Positions 21,066 through 32,520 are shown, counted from the first letter of the stretch. The stretch is DNA of 64,000 nt from Dehalococcoidia bacterium (GCA_965204885.1 OZ242019.1:109521-173520); one strand, 5' to 3'. Numbers and translations: made by a program. The notes: generated by a model from the letters alone, not told the origin.

Positions 21066-22016
21066 CTATTGCTGGAACATCTCTCCAACAGATCGGTTGA
21101 AGTGAATGCGTCTGATGGCCTCTCCCAGGAGTGGCGCGACGGACACCACCCTGATGTTCATGCCTTCCGTGTTCTTGTTGTCGATGGGCAGCGTGTCTGA
21201 CACGACAAGCTGATCGATGACACTTCCGCGCAGGCTTTCACTGCCCGGAGCGGACAGCACGGGGTGCGTCACGGCGGCGGACACGCTCGTCGCGCCATGC
21301 TCCAAAACGGTTTCCGCCGCCGACACAAGCGAGCCGCCCGTATTGACCTCGTCATCAACGATGATCGCCTTGCGGCCTTTCACATCGCCAATCACGGTTA
21401 CGCTCTCCGAGCGGTCGCTGTTGCCAAGTCGGCGCTTCTCGATGATGGCGAGGGGCTCTCCCCAACGCTCCGCCACGTCACGCGCGCGCTTCGTGCTGCC
21501 CACATCCGGGGCGACAACCACGCCTGCAGAATCGGTATCAAGGAAATAGTCGGCAATCAGCGGCAGGGCGGTCAGTTCATCGACGGGGACGTTGAAGAAT
21601 CCCTGGATCTGACCGGCGTGCAAGTCTATGGTGAGAACACGCTCCGCTCCCGCCACCTGGATGAGATCTGCGATGAGCCGTCCCGTAATGGGAACACGCG
21701 GCTGGTCTTTCTTATCCGTGCGGCCATAAGCGTAATACGGGACGACAGCTGTGACACGGCCCGCCGAGGCGCGTTTGGCCGCATCGATCATGATCAGGAG
21801 CTCCATGATGTTCTGGTTCACGGGGCTCGAAAACGGCTGGACCAGAAAGACGTCGCGGCCCCGGATGTTCTCCTGGAAGCGCACAAAGATGTTCTCGTTG
21901 GAGAACTGAAAAACCTCAACCGCTCCGGGCTCAATATCAAGGTATTGGCAAACATCATTTGCAAGGGCTTGGTGGGCATTACCGGAAAAAATCCGCAAGT
22001 CAGAATTCTGGTACAC
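21066..22016 (-). CDS. prs: Ribose-phosphate pyrophosphokinase
   Basis: PYYAYGRTD, DLHAGQIQGFF, APDVG and IIVDDEVNTGGS motifs. Confidence 0.95.
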   Translation of the reverse strand: MYQNSDLRIFSGNAHQALANDVCQYLDIEPGAVEVFQFSNENIFVRFQENIRGRDVFLVQPFSSPVNQNIMELLIMIDAAKRASAGRVTAVVPYYAYGRTDKKDQPRVPITGRLIADLIQVAGAERVLTIDLHAGQIQGFFNVPVDELTALPLIADYFLDTDSAGVVVAPDVGSTKRARDVAERWGEPLAIIEKRRLGNSDRSESVTVIGDVKGRKAIIVDDEVNTGGSLVSAAETVLEHGATSVSAAVTHPVLSAPGSESLRGSVIDQLVVSDTLPIDNKNTEGMNIRVVSVAPLLGEAIRRIHFNRSVGEMFQQ

Positions 22017-22068
22017 CCCGCCCCCTTGCCTACCCCGATCCGTCTGCGCCGACCCAGCCTCAGTATAG

Positions 22069-23484
<1,416 letters not shown>

Positions 23485-23488
23485 GGGC

Positions 23489-23515
23489 TGGATTCCCGCT
23501 TTCACGGGAATGACG
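23489..23515 (-). repeat. CGTC-type REP-like palindrome
   Basis: Reverse complement is CGTCATTCCCGTGAAAGCGGGAATCCA; lies between convergent purA and dapA. Confidence 0.85.
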
Positions 23516-23542
23516 GAGGGGCAGCGCGCTGTAGGCTGCGCC

Positions 23543-24451
23543 CTACACCGGCAGATCTACCTCGTACTGTGAGAGAACATCCTCGATGTGAGCGCGGGTG
23601 GCGTCGTCCGCCTCTGTCAGTGGCAGGCGGGGCGATCCAACGTCCATGCCGATGGTGTTCAACATATGCTTCACCGGGATGGGATTTGCCACTACGAATA
23701 GCGCATCGATGAGTGGCAAAAGGCCGCGATGGATGGTTGCCGATTCCTCGCGCGCGCCGTCAAGGAACGCGTAAATCTTCCTCGAAATCTGCCTGCCCAC
23801 CACGTGCGCCGCCACGCTGACTACGCCGTAGCCGCCGACCGCCAGCACAGGCACGGTGTCAGCGTCATTGCCGGACCAGACATAGAAGCCGTCGTTTGCC
23901 GTCTCGATGATCCGGGCGATCTGGCCAATATCCGCGCTCGCCTCCTTGACGCCTGCGATGTTGTCGACATGGCTGAGGCGGGCGGTTGTGGCGGCGGTCA
24001 TGTTGAGGGACGTGCGGGCCGGCACGTTATAGAGAATGCCGGGGATGCCGACGGACTCCGCAATCGCGACGAAATGCCGATACAGGGAGTCCTGCGGAGG
24101 CTTGTTGTAGTACGGGACCGTCATTAGGATGCCGTGCGCGCCGAGTTTCTCGGCCTCTTGCGAAAGCTCGATACTCTCGGCGGTGTTGTAGGTGGTGGTT
24201 CCGGCGATGATATGAGCTCCGTTGCGGTTGGCCACCTCAAGCGTAGTCTCATAGAGGCGGAGTTTCTCCTCCGCCGTCAGCGTCGGCCCCTCGCCCGTCG
24301 TGCCCGTGACAACGAGCCCCTCCGTGCCGGAGTCGATGAGAGCCTGCGCCAGCTTAGCCGCCTGTTCGTAGTTGACGTTGCCGTCGCTATCGAACGGCGT
24401 CACCATTGCCGTCAGCACCCGTCCAAAGGGCGCGTCATTGCGGTCTCTCAT
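23543..24451 (-). CDS. dapA: 4-hydroxy-tetrahydrodipicolinate synthase
   Basis: GTTGE, PYYNKP, LYNVPART and VKEAS motifs. Confidence 0.95.
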   Translation of the reverse strand: MRDRNDAPFGRVLTAMVTPFDSDGNVNYEQAAKLAQALIDSGTEGLVVTGTTGEGPTLTAEEKLRLYETTLEVANRNGAHIIAGTTTYNTAESIELSQEAEKLGAHGILMTVPYYNKPPQDSLYRHFVAIAESVGIPGILYNVPARTSLNMTAATTARLSHVDNIAGVKEASADIGQIARIIETANDGFYVWSGNDADTVPVLAVGGYGVVSVAAHVVGRQISRKIYAFLDGAREESATIHRGLLPLIDALFVVANPIPVKHMLNTIGMDVGSPRLPLTEADDATRAHIEDVLSQYEVDLPV

Positions 24452-24518
24452 CGTCCTCTCCCCTCCGCGTCGGGCTGCCGTTTCCCGGGTCGATGTACGG
24501 ATTGTAGTACGTTTCGAG

Positions 24519-25310
24519 CTAGTAGGTGCGGCCGGTCGGACGGGGGCCAAAGATGGCGGTTCCAAGCCTCACGACCGTCGCGCCCTCCTGGATGGCCACG
24601 TGGAAATCGTTGGTCATACCCATGGAGAGTTCCGCCAAGGACGCGGACGGGACGGAATCATTGAGAGTGTCACGAAGTTCACACAGGCGGCGAAAACCCG
24701 GGCGGGACGCCTCCGCGTCCTCCGCCATCGGCCCCACCGTCATCAGGCCGATCACATTCAGATTCGGCAGTTCGATGATGCGCCGGGCATCCTCCATGAA
24801 TGCGCCGAGCCGCCCATCCTCCGTCGCGAGTCCCAACTTGAAACCGCCGCGGTCCGGATTGTCCGTGAAATCAACTTCGATAAGCGCATCGACCTGGCTG
24901 ATTTCCATCTGCTCCGCTCGTTGACTGATAGTCTCAGCAAGGCGAAGTGAGTCAACCGTATCAATGGCCTGAAAGATCTCTAGAGCCTGCCGCACCTTGT
25001 TCCTCTGCAGGTGGCCAATCATATGCCAGGTGGGCGGCGTGATGCCCTGCTCTTCTGCCAACGCATTGACCGCGCCAATCTTGGGAGCGGCCTCCTGCAC
25101 CCAGTTCTCGCCGAAATGTGTCAGGCCGTGACGAATCGCAGCAATGATGCGCTCCGGTTCGACGCCCTTTGTCGCCCCATGCAGCGTGACGGACTGTGGG
25201 TCGCGTCCGGCTGCCGCGGCGATCTCGGCCATCCGGCTCTGCAGCCGTGTGATGTTGTCGCCGATGGTTGCGGCTCGCTCCTCTATGGACGCGGCCTCTT
25301 GTGTCTGCAT
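24519..25310 (-). CDS. yggS: YggS/PROSC PLP-homeostasis protein
   Basis: FGENWVQE, WHMIGHLQRNK, LSMGMTND and VRLGTAIFG motifs. Confidence 0.93.
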   Translation of the reverse strand: MQTQEAASIEERAATIGDNITRLQSRMAEIAAAAGRDPQSVTLHGATKGVEPERIIAAIRHGLTHFGENWVQEAAPKIGAVNALAEEQGITPPTWHMIGHLQRNKVRQALEIFQAIDTVDSLRLAETISQRAEQMEISQVDALIEVDFTDNPDRGGFKLGLATEDGRLGAFMEDARRIIELPNLNVIGLMTVGPMAEDAEASRPGFRRLCELRDTLNDSVPSASLAELSMGMTNDFHVAIQEGATVVRLGTAIFGPRPTGRTY

Positions 25311-25314
25311 CGCG

Positions 25315-26352
25315 TCACCTCGCGGCGGCGACGGAGGCATTGCTTGCCAGGAGCTCGGCGATCTGAATGGTGTTCGTCGCCGCGCCCTTGCGGATATTGT
25401 CGGAGACCACCCACATGGAGATGCCGTTGTCCAGCGCGGTGTCGCGGCGAATCCGCCCCACGAACACCTCATCTTTGTCCTGTGCGTCGATTGCCATTGG
25501 GTAGGCGCTTGTCGCGGGATCATCGGTCACAATGACGCCCGGCGCGGCTGACAGAATGTCGCGCGCATCGGACGGTGAGATGGGGTTGGTGAACTCCACA
25601 TGGACGGCCTCGGAATGGGCGAACGCGGCAGGGATGCGCACGCAGGTAGCCGAGACCGCAATCTCCGGCGCGTGCATGATCTTCTGCGTCTCCCGCACCA
25701 TCTTTATCTCTTCCTTGGTGTAGTCGTCCTCTTCAAAGACGTCAATCTGCGGGATGGCGTTGAAGGCGATGCGATGCGGAAACGCGCTCGGCTGCGCCTC
25801 TTCGCCGTTCAGCACGCCACGCGACTGCTCCAACATCTCTTCGAGCGCCAATCGCCCCGCGCCGGACGCCGACTGATACGTGTCAACGATGATGCGCTTG
25901 ATGGGGTTCTCGCGGTGCAGCGGCCACAGCGCGACAACCATCTGGATGGTCGAACAATTGGGATTGGCGATGATGCCGTTGTGCTTGAGCGCGTCGTCCG
26001 GGTTGACCTCCGGCACGACAAGCGGCACATCAGGCTCCATGCGCCACGCGGACGAATTATCGACGACAACCGTCCCGCGCTTTGCCGCCTCGGGCGCGAG
26101 CTGCTTGCTGGTGCCACCGCCCGCCGAGAACAGCGCAATGTCAACGTTCTCAAAAGCGTCCGGCGTCGCCTCGATGACCTCATGCTCGTCGCCCATCGCC
26201 TTGAGGCGCTTGCCCGCTGATCGCGCAGACGCCATGAGCGTCAGGGACGCCATGGGAAAGCCGCGCTCCTCAAGCACGTTGATGAACGTCTCACCCACAA
26301 GCCCGGTTGCGCCGACGATTGCGACGCGGGGCCGATCACTGTTCGCCATCAT
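25315..26352 (-). CDS. asd: Aspartate-semialdehyde dehydrogenase
   Basis: GATGLVG, NPNCST and DNIRKGAA motifs. Confidence 0.96.
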   Translation of the reverse strand: MMANSDRPRVAIVGATGLVGETFINVLEERGFPMASLTLMASARSAGKRLKAMGDEHEVIEATPDAFENVDIALFSAGGGTSKQLAPEAAKRGTVVVDNSSAWRMEPDVPLVVPEVNPDDALKHNGIIANPNCSTIQMVVALWPLHRENPIKRIIVDTYQSASGAGRLALEEMLEQSRGVLNGEEAQPSAFPHRIAFNAIPQIDVFEEDDYTKEEIKMVRETQKIMHAPEIAVSATCVRIPAAFAHSEAVHVEFTNPISPSDARDILSAAPGVIVTDDPATSAYPMAIDAQDKDEVFVGRIRRDTALDNGISMWVVSDNIRKGAATNTIQIAELLASNASVAAAR

Positions 26353-27164
26353 TCCCCTTTCTGTTCCGGCCACAGCAGCGCGCCGAGGCCATACGTCAGT
26401 TGTCCGTGCCGGTTGCCCACCTCGCGAATCGCGAGCAGAACACCCGGCATATAGCTTTCCCTATCTATTACATCATGGCGGAGCGTCAGCGTCTCGCCCG
26501 GTCCGCCGAGAAGCACTTGCTGATGCGCCATCAGGCCCGGCATCCGCACGGAGTGAATGGCAACGCCGCCGATGTCACCGCCGCGGACATCGTCCACATT
26601 GACCACCTTCGACTCAGCGTTCGTGAACGCCCTGCCATCTCTTCCTTCTACCATCGTACGCGCGGTGGCCATTGCTGATCCCGAGGGCGCGTCGGCCTTG
26701 CCCGCGTGGTGCATCTCGATAATCTCCGCGTGGTCGAAATGCCGCCCGGCTTCCCGTGCCACGCGCTCCAGGACCACAGCACCGAGGCTGAAGTTGGGGC
26801 CAACCATCACGCCGATGTTGTGCCCGGCGGCGATGGATCGCAGTTCCTCAAGGATTTCAGGCGTCAGTCCGCTTGTGCCGGTGACAAAGTCGGCATTGTG
26901 CTGAGCCGCAAGCCGCGCGGCGGGAAGAACGGCCTCCCGAATGGTGAAGTCCACCACAACATCCGGCGCGGTTTCGCGGAGCAGGGAGTCAAAATCCCCG
27001 TGTTCGGTCACATCGTTGTTTGGCGCGTGGGCACGGAAACCAGACCTGCTAACCGAAGCAACAAGCGAAACGTCGTCAGCGTTGTCTATGGCGTTCAGTA
27101 GGACGCGCCCCATGCGGCCGGTGGCGCCGTGAACGGCGACTGTGATGCCGGGTCGCGCTGCCAT
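26349..27164 (-). CDS. dapB: 4-hydroxy-tetrahydrodipicolinate reductase
   Basis: GATGRMG and EMHHAGKADAPSGSA motifs. Confidence 0.95.
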   Translation of the reverse strand: MAARPGITVAVHGATGRMGRVLLNAIDNADDVSLVASVSRSGFRAHAPNNDVTEHGDFDSLLRETAPDVVVDFTIREAVLPAARLAAQHNADFVTGTSGLTPEILEELRSIAAGHNIGVMVGPNFSLGAVVLERVAREAGRHFDHAEIIEMHHAGKADAPSGSAMATARTMVEGRDGRAFTNAESKVVNVDDVRGGDIGGVAIHSVRMPGLMAHQQVLLGGPGETLTLRHDVIDRESYMPGVLLAIREVGNRHGQLTYGLGALLWPEQKGE

Positions 27165-27172
27165 GGTTTTGC

Positions 27173-29458
27173 CTACATACGGCGGCGAGGAGGTCGATCG
27201 CCCTCAGGGCGGCGCGGGCGGTCACGGTCACCGTCCGGCCTGCGCCGCGGCGGGCGTCCATTGCCACCGGGGCGTGGCCCGCGGTCTCGGTCGCCAAAGC
27301 GGCGTCCGCCTCCATCGTTACGGTCCTGCCGTTGATCGAATGGCGCGCCGGTATTCACTTCCGCGCCCTCCGGCGGCGTCTCCGCGTCCGGTTCAATCAG
27401 CGCGCGGCGGGAGAGACGTATGCGGCCTGTCGGATCGATGTCCGTCACAAGAACTTCAACCTCATCGCCCACCTTGATAACATCCTCGACGCTGCCGACG
27501 CGGTAGTGCGCCAACTCAGAGATATGCACCATGCCGTCCCGCCCCGGCGCGAGTTCAACGAACGCGCCGAAATCGGTCGTGCGAACAACCTTGCCCTTGA
27601 ACGACTCGCCAACCTCAATGTCCTTGGTCAGCCGCTCGATCATGCCGATGGCCCTGTCCGCAATATCGCCGTCAGACGCGCCGACGAACACCGTGCCGTC
27701 GTTCTCCACGTCCACGGTGGCGCCTGTCTCTTCCACGATGCTGCGGATGGTCTTGCCGCCGGGGCCAATGAGCGCGCCGATGCGCTCCGGGTTGATCTGG
27801 ATGCGCGTCATGCGCGGCGCGAACGGGCTCATCTCAGTCCTGGTCTCGGCAATCGTCTCGCTCATGTGGGCAAGCAGCTCAAGCCGGGCGTCCTTCGCCT
27901 GTGCAAGGGCGCGCTCCATGATCTCATCCGTGATACCGGTGAGCTTGATATCCATCTGCAGGGCCGTCACGCCCTCGGCGGTGCCCGCCACTTTGAAGTC
28001 CATATCTCCCAGGTGGTCCTCAAGGCCCTGGATATCGGTCAGAACGGCATACGCGCCGGTCTTGTCCGTCACGAGGCCCATTGCAATGCCGGCCACCGGC
28101 GCCTTGATCGGCACGCCGGCATCCATCAAGGACAACGTGCTGGAGCAGACACTCGCCATGGAGGTGCTGCCGTTGGAGCCGAGCACATCAGAGACGAGCC
28201 GCAGTGTGTACGGGAACTCCATCTCGCCGGGGATCACGGGCAGCAGCGCCCGCTCCGCGAGCGCGCCGTGGCCGATCTCCCGGCGGCCGGGCGTGCCCAC
28301 CCGACGCGCCTCTCCTACCGAGTACGGCGGAAAATTGTAGTGGTGTAGATAACGCTTGGTATCGACCGGCGTGAGCGAGTCGATCTTCTGGGCGTCCGCG
28401 AGCGGGCCGAGTGTGGTGACGTTGAGCACCTGCGTCTCACCCCGCTGGAACAGCGCGGAGCCGTGTGCTCGCGGCAGCACGCCTACCCTGCTCGTCAGCG
28501 GTCGAATCTCCGTATGCGTTCGTCCGTCCGGGCGTTTGCCGTTCAAAATGCTGGAGCGAACGGCGTCCGTGAAGACATCTTCAAAGACGTGGCTGAGAAC
28601 GGCGGCATCATGCTCCCCGGAGAGCTGCCAAAGCGTCTCATCGAGCAACGCCTGCGTGGTCTCATTCCGCTCGTGCCTGCCCAGTCCCGCCGCCGCTTCA
28701 AGAAGCCGCTCGCCGACGAGCGCCTCAATGGCGTCGCGGACGGCGCTGTTGTCGTCGGGCTCACTGAGCACAGCCTTGGGCCTGCCGCACAGAGCCTGGA
28801 GCTCCTCTTGCATCTCGATAACGATGCGGTTGGCCTCCTGCCCTGCTTGCAGCGCCTGCCGCAGCACGGACTCATCAACCTCGTTCGCGCCCGCCTCAAC
28901 CATGACAATGGCGTTCTGCGAACCGGCAACGACCAGATCAAGATCGCTGGCGTCACCATCCGCATATGTTGGATTGATGACAATCTCGCCATTGATGTAG
29001 CCGACGTGGCAGCCGCTGACGGGCCCTTCAAATGGCGCGTGCGAAATGGTTAACGCAGCGGATGCGCCGATCACGCCGAGCGTATCGAGGGGGTATTCGC
29101 GATCCGATGAGAGCACGGTGAGAATGATCTGCACCTCGTTCCGCAGTCCCTTGGGAAACAGCGGGCGGATGGTGCGGTCCGTGATGCGACCTGCGAGGAT
29201 GGCCTCCGACCCCGGCCTGCCCTCCCGTCGGAAAAAGCTGCCGGGGATCTTGCCGATGGCGTAATGGCGCTCCTCCATATCCACGGTGAGTGGAAGGAAG
29301 TCAATGCCCTCGCGGGCGGTGGGGGCCATAACAGCCGTGGCGAGGATGATATTGTCGCCGTAGCGGACGGTAACCGCTCCGCTTGCCTGTTGGGCGAGTT
29401 CGCCCGTCTCGATGGTAAGTGTGCGTCCTGCGAGCTCTCGCTCGACTTTGTGAATCAT
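27173..29458 (-). CDS. pnp: Polyribonucleotide nucleotidyltransferase
   Basis: RREGRP, RREIGHG, SNGSTSMAS and GDMDFK motifs, plus KH and S1 domains. Confidence 0.97.
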   Translation of the reverse strand: MIHKVERELAGRTLTIETGELAQQASGAVTVRYGDNIILATAVMAPTAREGIDFLPLTVDMEERHYAIGKIPGSFFRREGRPGSEAILAGRITDRTIRPLFPKGLRNEVQIILTVLSSDREYPLDTLGVIGASAALTISHAPFEGPVSGCHVGYINGEIVINPTYADGDASDLDLVVAGSQNAIVMVEAGANEVDESVLRQALQAGQEANRIVIEMQEELQALCGRPKAVLSEPDDNSAVRDAIEALVGERLLEAAAGLGRHERNETTQALLDETLWQLSGEHDAAVLSHVFEDVFTDAVRSSILNGKRPDGRTHTEIRPLTSRVGVLPRAHGSALFQRGETQVLNVTTLGPLADAQKIDSLTPVDTKRYLHHYNFPPYSVGEARRVGTPGRREIGHGALAERALLPVIPGEMEFPYTLRLVSDVLGSNGSTSMASVCSSTLSLMDAGVPIKAPVAGIAMGLVTDKTGAYAVLTDIQGLEDHLGDMDFKVAGTAEGVTALQMDIKLTGITDEIMERALAQAKDARLELLAHMSETIAETRTEMSPFAPRMTRIQINPERIGALIGPGGKTIRSIVEETGATVDVENDGTVFVGASDGDIADRAIGMIERLTKDIEVGESFKGKVVRTTDFGAFVELAPGRDGMVHISELAHYRVGSVEDVIKVGDEVEVLVTDIDPTGRIRLSRRALIEPDAETPPEGAEVNTGAPFDQRQDRNDGGGRRFGDRDRGPRPGGNGRPPRRRPDGDRDRPRRPEGDRPPRRRM

Positions 29459-29510
29459 GCCGTTCTACTCTCCTGCGCTCGCGCGCCGGAGGAAGACGGA
29501 GCCGTATCGA

Positions 29511-29774
29511 CTATCTACGCAAGCCGAGTGACGCGATAAGGGACTGGTATCGTCCTACGTCTTTTCGGCGGAGGTATCGGAGCAACCTGCGCCGCTGGCC
29601 AACGAGCATCAGCAGGCCTCTCCTTGTCGCATGGTCGTGGCGGTGGACTTGTAGATGCCCGGTCAAATCGCTAATTCGTCTGCTCAGGACTGCGACCTGG
29701 ACCTCAGTAGAACCGGTATCAGTCGGATGTCCCCTATATTCTTCAATGATCTGGGACTTGGTCTGCCGATCCAA
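29511..29774 (-). CDS. rpsO: 30S ribosomal protein S15
   Basis: [10 protein letters not shown] and [10 protein letters not shown] motifs; TTG start after GGAGG; upstream of pnp. Confidence 0.96.
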   Translation of the reverse strand: MDRQTKSQIIEEYRGHPTDTGSTEVQVAVLSRRISDLTGHLQVHRHDHATRRGLLMLVGQRRRLLRYLRRKDVGRYQSLIASLGLRR

Positions 29775-29909
29775 ACTGCCTCCGCCGCGGGCTATCGCCG
29801 TTCCTCTGTTCTTTGTCTTCTCTATTCCATCCGAGTATAGCAGAACGGATAGAAAATCGGACGGCACGTGTGGAAACGGCCTTCCGCTGCCTGTACTGAA
29901 ACCGTTCAT

Positions 29910-29955
29910 TGCAGAGAGGGGTCAGCGGCCCAGGTAAACCGCCGACCCCTCTGCA
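29910..29955. terminator. Long hairpin downstream of the zinc-binding lipoprotein gene
   Basis: TGCAGAG-AGGGGTC-AGCGG pairs imperfectly with CCGC-CGACCCCT-CTGCA; no clear U-tract. Confidence 0.4.
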
Positions 29956-29985
29956 GCGAGGAGGATGCTGCTACTTTTACGTTGC

Positions 29986-32340
29986 CTAGCTCAAAGCCTC
30001 TGCAATGATTTCAACGTTGCTGCGGACCATGGTGAGGTACGTGTCCGCACCGCTGCCCACCGCTCCAAGTGAGCCGGAGTAGAGGCTATAGAACCCCGCC
30101 CCCGTTTCCTCGGCAACCGCCCGCGCAATGCGTTCAGAAACGGTCGTCTCTCCGAAGATGGCCTGCACGCCCTCGTGCTCAACTATCTCAATGAGCTCAG
30201 CAAGCTGTTCCGCGGACGACTCAGTCTCGGTCGTCCCGCCGGGAATCACCGTGCCAACCACCTCGAACCCATAAACGACGGCGAAGTAGCTGAGGCTGTC
30301 GTGCGAGGTTACGAGGATGCGACGCTCGTTGGGAAGCCCACTGAGTTGCTCAACGGTCCACGTGTGGAGTTCCTCCAACTGGGCCACGTAGGCCGTGGCA
30401 TTTGCGGTGTAGGTCTCAACGCCTGCCGGATCCAATGTGGCAAGTTGCGTGGCGATGTTGATGACCGCCTGACTGACGCGAGTCGGGTCGAACCAGAAAT
30501 GAGGATCGAGCGGCCCATGGCCGTGGTCGGCGTGGCCTCCACCCTCATCCTCTTCGACGCCCAGCCCGACAAACGCGAGGCTGCGAGGCTGGCCGGCGAT
30601 GGCCCACTCACGCTCAATCTCGCCCTCTTCAAGGCTGAACTCGATGATCCGGCCGCCTACCCTATCAGACAGGTAGAGCAGCTCGCCAACGACGATGAAC
30701 GATGGAGAGGTGTCACTGTCGAACGCTTCTACCAGTTCGTAGGTTTCCTCGACTTCACCCTCCTCGGGGTGGATGACGTTCAAGGCGCCGTCGTAGGTCA
30801 GGACGAACAACTCCTCGCCGTGAGCGTCAAACGCGGCGCTCCGCACGCGCTTCTCCTCAGTTGGAGGCAAGATGAGCGACATTTCGCCGCCCTCGGCGTC
30901 AATCCTCCAGAGGCCGCCGTTAACGCGAGTGCCTCCCTGGTCTCTGTACGAGGCTGAGCCAAAGAAGTACTCAGAGTCATCATGGCCCCAAAGTGTGCCG
31001 ATGCGGGCCGCAGCGTTCATGTCGGCATGGTTCTCAATGAACTCATACTCGTATTCGCCGTCATGTCCCTCAATGAAAAGGACACCACCGGTGCAGCCAA
31101 ACGCCACACCATGCGCGTTGGCGGCCTCACCGTGGAGGCCCGGGCACGCGTTGGACGCCTCGTCAAAGACGACTTCGCCGTCGAGCGTCCAGACCTCTGC
31201 GCCCAGGGGCAGGCTGCTGACACCCTCGCCCGGATAGTCCGGGTTGTTGGTCGTCACCAGGACGTAGCCCTCGCCCAGTGCGACTCCCGCGCCGTGCTGC
31301 AAGCCTGCCTCCAACCAGACCGGTTCGTACTCGTTGAGCTCTTCCTCAAGGTCATGTTCCTCAAAGAGGGCGATACGGCCGGATCCGTCATGGAAGATTG
31401 CCGTCCAGCCACTGTGCCGGCTGAAGTGGATGGGCCGGTTGTCAGTTGTTTCCACGGTCAGCCGCGAAACAGGGTCTGTGACCAGGTCAAAGTGATCGCC
31501 GTGTTCCTCAAGGTAGACGCCGCCATCGAAGATGTGGACGCGGTCATCAGCAGCGGCATCATCTCCAGGACCGCGCGCCAGAGCAAAGGCAAAACGTCCG
31601 CTTGGGCTCGTATAGAGCGTTGCCGCAGGCGCCGCCACCGGGAGGCTGAGCTCATCGAGCTGATCCGTCGTAAGATCCAGGACGGACAGCGCAGCCGACT
31701 GGCCATCCGCGATGAGCAGCCGACCGGTCAACTCCTCATGCTCCATCTCTCCCATTTCTTCTTCCTCGTCGTGATGACCGCCGGTTTCCGCGAATTCAAT
31801 TGGATTCACAGCGCCGCCGAGCGCCACGATGCGCGACTCATCTGCGCTTGCGTTGTGGATGAGTTCCTCAAGCCAGGCGCCCTCGAGGCCGAGGCCAACG
31901 GTCAGGACGAGGTCGGCATCCACAATCTGCGCGACGTCTCTCGCGCCGGGCTGGTACGTATGCGGGTCGCCACCGACCGGGAGGAGGCTTGTCACCTCGA
32001 CACGGTCACCGCCGATATTCTTGACCCAGTCGGCGACGATATTGGACGTGGCGACCACCTGGAGCGGTTCACCGTCCATCTGGGAATCACTGGACGACCC
32101 AGTCTGTGACGATCCGGTCTCTGATGAGCCAGTCTGGGAGGTGCCGGATTCCGTGTTTGATGTCTGCGTCGTCTGCTCTGTACCGGATGATGATCCTCCT
32201 GATGAGGGTGTCTCCGTGGAATCATCCTCGCTGTCGCACGCCGCAGCAGCCAGAACCAGAATAAAGGTCAGTGCGAGGGTTATAAGAAGAAGGCTAAGCG
32301 CCTTTACTGAACCTCGCCTGCGTGATGAAATTGCGTTCAT
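29986..32340 (-). CDS. Cluster A-I (ZnuA/AztC) metal-binding lipoprotein with inserted AztD-like beta-propeller
   Basis: Lipobox AAAC. SBP motifs VVATSNI, DPHTYQP, DPHFWFDP and VTSHDSLSYF are split by a ~385-aa insert containing HGDH, RPIH, QHG, CPGLHGEA and FGCTGGVL. Confidence 0.85.
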   Translation of the reverse strand: MNAISSRRRGSVKALSLLLITLALTFILVLAAAACDSEDDSTETPSSGGSSSGTEQTTQTSNTESGTSQTGSSETGSSQTGSSSDSQMDGEPLQVVATSNIVADWVKNIGGDRVEVTSLLPVGGDPHTYQPGARDVAQIVDADLVLTVGLGLEGAWLEELIHNASADESRIVALGGAVNPIEFAETGGHHDEEEEMGEMEHEELTGRLLIADGQSAALSVLDLTTDQLDELSLPVAAPAATLYTSPSGRFAFALARGPGDDAAADDRVHIFDGGVYLEEHGDHFDLVTDPVSRLTVETTDNRPIHFSRHSGWTAIFHDGSGRIALFEEHDLEEELNEYEPVWLEAGLQHGAGVALGEGYVLVTTNNPDYPGEGVSSLPLGAEVWTLDGEVVFDEASNACPGLHGEAANAHGVAFGCTGGVLFIEGHDGEYEYEFIENHADMNAAARIGTLWGHDDSEYFFGSASYRDQGGTRVNGGLWRIDAEGGEMSLILPPTEEKRVRSAAFDAHGEELFVLTYDGALNVIHPEEGEVEETYELVEAFDSDTSPSFIVVGELLYLSDRVGGRIIEFSLEEGEIEREWAIAGQPRSLAFVGLGVEEDEGGGHADHGHGPLDPHFWFDPTRVSQAVINIATQLATLDPAGVETYTANATAYVAQLEELHTWTVEQLSGLPNERRILVTSHDSLSYFAVVYGFEVVGTVIPGGTTETESSAEQLAELIEIVEHEGVQAIFGETTVSERIARAVAEETGAGFYSLYSGSLGAVGSGADTYLTMVRSNVEIIAEALS

Positions 32341-32410
32341 TGTGCCCCCTTACTGCACTGTGCTGTGATACCCGACGGCCTCTAAAAGTCGTGTTGGGCC
32401 GTTTTTCTTC

Positions 32411-32425
32411 TGATATTCAGTATCA
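32411..32425. promoter_or_regulatory. Fur/Zur-family 7-1-7 operator (copy 1)
   Basis: TGATATT-C-AGTATCA, in the leader of the zinc-binding gene. Confidence 0.6.
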
Positions 32426-32520
32426 TCTGCCTCGGTCATTCACTCTCCCCAGCTTTATGAAGGTGTTCGCTGTATTTCTGTGTGACAGGTGCCTATCGTT
32501 GCGCCTACCGCACGGGCTCA

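Noticed and set aside
30982-32109. 375-aa plus-strand ORF inside the Zn-SBP gene
   Set aside because: Antisense with no recognisable motifs; the minus-strand frame explains the region.
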